Positions 58,385-64,000 of a stretch of DNA of 64,000 nt are shown in pieces. A program made the translations under genes and the position numbers. This DNA is from the human T2T-CHM13v2.0 reference genome, Homo sapiens, in the NCBI RefSeq assembly GCF_009914755.1, contig NC_060933.1, one strand, 5' to 3'. Position 1 is the stretch's first letter. Each line of letters opens with the position of its first letter. The notes beneath the pieces were generated by a model. That model was not told the origin of the DNA and ran no database searches. It saw only the letters and a list, made by a program, of their open reading frames with translations.

Positions 58385-59228
58385 CTGGATGGGAAAGAAA
58401 AGTAGATAAGAAGGTTTGTGGAGCTTTCATGTGAGAGGACAGGGATGGGACCTGGATGCTGAAAACAGCCTTAAATCTCCAACCAATGTGGCCCATGTTT
58501 CCTTCTGCCTCTAAAAATCAAAGGCACAATGAAAATAAACTGTCTAGAGGTGGCTGTAAACACCAGGCTTCATTAGGACAAGGATCATTAAAAAACCCCC
58601 AACAATAAAGTCCAGCCCCTAATAATTGACTTCATGCTTCTCACCAGCATCATCTTATAACAAAACCCTCTTCCCCTCTTCCAAGAAAGTTCAGTCTCTT
58701 CTATACAATGGCAAATGTGGCATAGACATTCTCTTCTCATTCTTTTCTCCTCCTCCTTTGTCTCCTCATTATCATGCAGTTCCTCCTTTTCCTCTACTCT
58801 CCCATCTCCCCTTCATTTCTTTCTCCTTTCCTTTTTCTCTTTCCCCTCCCCCTGATCTTTTCTTAATAGATAAATGAACGGTGGATAGCTAGAAAGAGAT
58901 ATTTGGATGGAAGCAAATGGATGAATGATAGACATGTTTAAATAAATTTAGATGCAAATATAAAAATTTATACATTTTCTTCTTTTAAGTTTTTCTTAGA
59001 CATGCACACATAGATCAGTAACACTGCTAACTATGATGACTTTTAATTTGGGTAAAGAACTGTTTCTCCAGAACTCCAGAAAGGAAGCTCCAGGGAGCTG
59101 CCTCTATTCTCTATCAACTATGTGAACAAGGGCATGTTTCTTTTTTCTTTTTTTTTTTTTCATTCTAAGAAGCTTTATTTGGTAAACAGTTGAAAACCTG
59201 AAGCTACATTATCACAAACTGGTGCAAA

Positions 59229-59848
59229 TTTTTTTTTAAGTTCTGGGGTACATGTGCAGGATGTGCAGTTTTGTTACATAGGTAAACAAACGTATGCCAT
59301 GGTGGTTTGCTGCACCTATAAACCCATCACCTAAGTATTAAACCCAGCATGCATTAGCTATTTTTCCTAACGCTCCCCCACCCTACCCCTCTGACAGGAC
59401 CCAGTGTGTGTTGTTGCCCTCCCTGTGTCCATGTGTTCTCATCATTCAGCTCTAAGTGAGAACATGTGGTGTTTGGTTCTCTGTTCCTGCCTTAGTTTGG
59501 TGAGGATAATGGCTTCCAGCTCCATACATGTCCCTGCAAAGGATATGATCTCATTCTTTTTTCGGGCTGCATAGTATTCCATGGTGTATATGTACCACAT
59601 TTTCTTTATCCAGTCTATCATTGATAGGCATTTGAGTTGATTCTATGTCTTTGCTATTGTGAATAGTGCTGCAATGAACATATGTGTGCATGTATCTTTG
59701 TAATAGAATGATTTATATTCCTTTTGATACATACTCAGTAATGGGATTGCTGGGACAAATGGTATTTCTGGTTCTAGATCTTTGAGGAATCACCACACTC
59801 TCTTCTACAATGGTTGAACTAATTTACGTTCCCACCAACAGTGTAAAA
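59229..59848 (-). mobile_element. 5'-truncated primate L1PA 3' end (L1PA7-10-like), sense to BRINP1
   Basis: TTAAGTTCTGGGGTACATGTGCAGG...GCTGCATAGTATTCCATGG...CCCACCAACAGTGTAAAA. Confidence 0.92.
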
Positions 59849-62344
59849 ATGTTTGTTCAATTGATTTGTCCTTTTTTTCTCAATTGATTTCTCCTTTTTG
59901 TCTTTTTCAGTGTAGCTGCAAGAAAATTTAAAAGGAGCTTATGTGACTCACACTTGGGGTGACATCATATATCTATTGGCTAGTGCTGGTCTAGGGATAC
60001 AGAGTCATAGGAGATCATTTTAATATACCAGGTGAATAGCCAAGGTAAGGGAGTGCACAGAATGCAACGCAGACCAGAGAAAGAGTGGGCACCTGCATCC
60101 TGTAGATAATGTGGACCACAAGGCCTGGATGATCTGGGCACTCCAGCTATAACTTTTGCTGCTCTCTGTGTTTGCTCTACCCTGTACAAATGTGCCCCAT
60201 TTTCCCTCGTCGTTAGGACTTCTATTTTTCTGTTTTTCTCCCGGCTAACTTATAGTCATCCTTCAGGTATCACCTAAGACAGCACTTCTGGGATGCCTTC
60301 CCTTAGTCCTTCACTCCTTACCTGAACTAGATTAATAACTCTCAGGTTTTACAGGCCAAGGCTTGAGTTGAGTTCATGGTAAAGCACTTGGCGTTTGCAG
60401 TTTTCCTAGAAGCTTTACTGTTACGTAGTAATACATGATTGTCTATCCTTTGGCCCCCACAGCAACCTGAATAGATTTGGCTTAAAACTGATGCTATATC
60501 CAATTAGACTTTGAGTTCTGGGGGCCATGGGAAGTGGAGCAGGGGAACAAGGACTCCATCCAATTCACCTTTCTAATGTTCCAATGCTTATCCTAGGGTC
60601 TGATGAAGAATAGATGTTCAGTTATCAGTTGATGGATAAGTAGATAGATAGATAGATGAGTGGATGGGTGTATAGATGAACAGACAGCTGAGTGGAAAGG
60701 TAAAAGTTAAACAAGTGAATATGCTAAGAGTTTGAGCCATGAGGCAGAGGAAATAAATGTTCCATGTGTCAGCTCAGGCTCTCTTAGGGGCCTGTGAAGG
60801 AGAAGGTGAAACAAGCCCGGTTCCCTCTGGACTGAGAACTGGCAGAAGCAAACCTTTAGATCAAGAGGGGTTAATGGGCTTCTTGCTGCATTATTAAGGC
60901 TTAATTTCTTGTTTATTAAGAGAATGTTCTGTTTAGAATTGCTTTCCCCCTTGGGCATTCCTGCAAATTGCCTCTTCGCCCCACATAGGCCTTTTCTGAG
61001 TCTTTCTGTTCTCCAGGAGACTTCACCTCACTGCAGCACCTTGTTTCAGAGGTGAAGAAAAGGGGACTCTCAAAGGGAATGAGGAAGAGTGGAAGCTGAT
61101 CCTATTACTTTTTGAGTCAATAGGAGATTTTGCTCCCAGATAGGAGATGAGGTGTCTGGACTTTAGCCCTCTGGGACATAACTCTTCCTTTCCTTCTGAG
61201 CCCCTGGGATTTTATTCTCAGCCTTCCTCTTAGTCAAGGGGACTTCTCCCAAAATGCAGGGAGGGAAATAGTGAATATACAAATAAACAAAAAAGATGAG
61301 CCCTCATGTATAAAAAGACATCCATGCAATACAAACGCTCATATGCATGTGCAAGCTCACATACACACACACACACACACATATACATGTTGCAACCATA
61401 TATATGTGAATGATGTGTACACGTGTGTGCAATGTGCATGAATACATGCTCATGTATAAATTAACTCATATCTAAGCAGGAATAGGCTTTGTGAACATCT
61501 GTCTATACAGGTAGGCATTTGTGCACATCTGTTTACACAGATGTACTTCCATGCACGCATAGTCATACATCCAAGCTTAACCACACGTGTCACACAGGCA
61601 CCCAGTCTCCAAGGTGGTTCCTGCAGCCCCAAGATATGGTCATCAGGGGGACTAAGGAAAATTTCTATGCCTGTTTTCTTGTGTGTTTTTCCCTTCACCC
61701 CCCTTCATAGGAGTATTCACATGATGTATTTTATTAGTTTAATAGATTTCACCAAAAATCTGGAGATCCCATGGAAATCTCTTATTTGTTGGCCCTCCCA
61801 TCACCTCTGCTTCTCCATTCCCATAGCCTTCCCTTCCTCTTTCCTCTTCCTAAAGAGTGAAACAAACACATTTATTTGTCTCATAGGTGACAGGTTAAGA
61901 AGCATCTTTTAGTATTTGATTATCCCCTTGTGAACTTACCTGACATGTCAAAGAGTTTATCAAAGCATTTTTTCTCAATGAACACAGTGGTCTTAGAAAA
62001 AAATTACAGTGAATAAAATTATTTGCACCTCCTTCTTTATAGATAAAGAAATTTATATTCAGACAGAAAAGTGAGTTTCTCAGTGTCTCCCACTCATCTA
62101 GTGAGTAGCAGAATTGGGCCTTAATCTGGATTCCCAAGTTTCTTAGCCCCATTAAGTAACAACAATAATAGTAAGAACAAGAGTAGTAACATAGCAACAA
62201 TTTGTTAAGTGTCAGACAGTGTGCTAAGCACTTTCAATAGATGATTTTATTTAATTTTTGCAATATGCATGAAGGACTACTATTGTAACTATTTAGGAAA
62301 GAGGAAACTGAGGCTTAGAGGATTGAGTTACTTGCCAAGGTGAC

Positions 62345-62788
62345 TGTGATGGTTAATACTGAGTGTCAACTTCATTGGATTGAAGGATGCAAAGTATTGT
62401 TCCTGGGTGTGTCTGTGAGGGTGTTGCCAAAGGAGATTAACATTTGAGTCAGTGGACTGGGAAAGGCAGACCCACCCATCATCTGTGTGGGTACAATCTA
62501 ATCAGCTGCCACCGTGGCTAGAACGAAAGCAGGCAGAATGTGAAAAGACTAGACTGGCTTAGCCTCCCAGGCTACATCTTTTTCCCCTGCTGGATGTTTC
62601 CTCTCCTTGAACATCGGACTCCAAGTTCTTCAGCTTTGGGACTCGGACTTGCTTCCTTGCTCCTCAGCTTGCAGATGACCTATTATGGGACCTTGTGATC
62701 GTGTGAGTCAATATTCCTGAATAAAATCCCCTTTATATATACATCTATCCTATTAGTTCCGTCACTGTAGAGAACCCTGACTAATACA
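62345..62788 (+). mobile_element. MLT2A1 (ERVL) complete solo LTR, 444 bp, inserted into a MIR
   Basis: TGTGATGGTTAATACTGAGTGTCAAC start, GAGAACCCTGACTAATACA end; 5-bp TSD GTGAC/GTAAC. Confidence 0.9.
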
Positions 62789-63543
62789 GTAACACTAAGC
62801 TGGTGAACAGCCGGAGGCAGGACTAGAAGCCAGGTGATCAAACTCTAGAGCCTGCTCTTTCATTCCCTACAACTTCCCACCTCCCTTCTCTCATACTGCA
62901 GAGGAGGCTCTTAAAAAACATGTTTTCCATAAGTGAATGAATGAAGTGATGATGTAAGAAGAGCTTTGCATCATTTATGGCACATAGTGTTCAATCAACA
63001 ATAAATCTCTTTGCCTTCCTTCTCTCTACTCCTCCACACTGAGGGCTGAGGGAACATTTAGGGCCTACTGTCCAACACCAGATCTCAATCCAAAGCTTTG
63101 CATATTTTAAAATGTTGTGTTGTAAAAATAGGAGAGGAACAAGGCTCTGTGAATAATTCACCACCTTGCCTTAGAGAAATTAAAAATATATTTCATTGAG
63201 GAAGAAAGGTCTTGGTTACTTGGGGTTTCCAGGAACTCAGACAAGAGCACAGCTTTTAATGGAAGAATTGAATTGGTCTCAATGCCTTTTTTACCCCCAA
63301 GTGAAATGGAGGGGGTGATGTCCAAAGAAAAGAGTTTAGGTTAATGCTACACTTAATGTAGAAATGAATTCATTTTCACTTTACAACAGAATAGAATTTA
63401 CACTAATGATTTCATATTCAAAGTCCTACTTAACTTAATATCTAACTGGCAACAGACAGCTAACACATGCTGGTTGGTTGGTTGGTTGGTGGAGCGGGTA
63501 TTGGGTTGGTGGGGAAGTGAGTTGGTTAAAGAGATGACTGACA

Positions 63544-63870
<327 letters not shown>

Positions 63871-64000
63871 TCAAAAACAGAATGCAGGCTTTGTGCATGG
63901 AAAACACTCACTTAAAAACTTAGCTTTATCACTTACTAGCTGTACTTCTTCTGGGTCTCAGCTTCCTTATTTATAAAATGGAGGTAATATGACATGTGCA

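Noticed and set aside
61320-61600. RBFOX (UGCAUG) cluster in the CA/TG-rich tract
   Set aside because: Only two or three motifs on the transcribed strand, expected by chance in RY-alternating sequence, and ~3 kb from the nearest exon.

Overview
Primate (very likely human) genomic DNA lying wholly inside the neural gene BRINP1 (DBC1/DBCCR1/FAM5A, MACPF-domain family), transcribed on the minus strand. Four coding exons with canonical AG/GT boundaries splice into one open frame: 58215-58384, 54823-54928, 30093-30329 and 24897-25119. I call them exons 4-7, with numbering recalled from the human gene model. The rest is intron, dominated by transposon relics: a near full-length decayed L1 (L1MA-like, ~1.7-9.9 kb), about ten Alus, MaLR/ERVL solo LTRs including a complete MLT2A1, DNA-transposon MITEs, and many L2/MIR fragments. 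Almost all ORFs in the supplied track are spurious. I found no convincing new multi-gene system. The best leads are: (i) a read-through/intronic poly(A) short isoform after exon 6 using L2-derived AATAAA signals; (ii) an L1PA insertion with an apparent 3' transduction; (iii) a MADE1 (miR-548-type) hairpin whose arms share the same non-consensus bases; (iv) inverted Alus around phase-symmetric exon blocks that would give stop-free circular ORFs; (v) an antisense MLT2A1 LTR with a DUX4-like motif and a splice donor. Repeat subfamily names come from recalled consensus sequences, and repeat ends are approximate unless target-site duplications (TSDs) are given.
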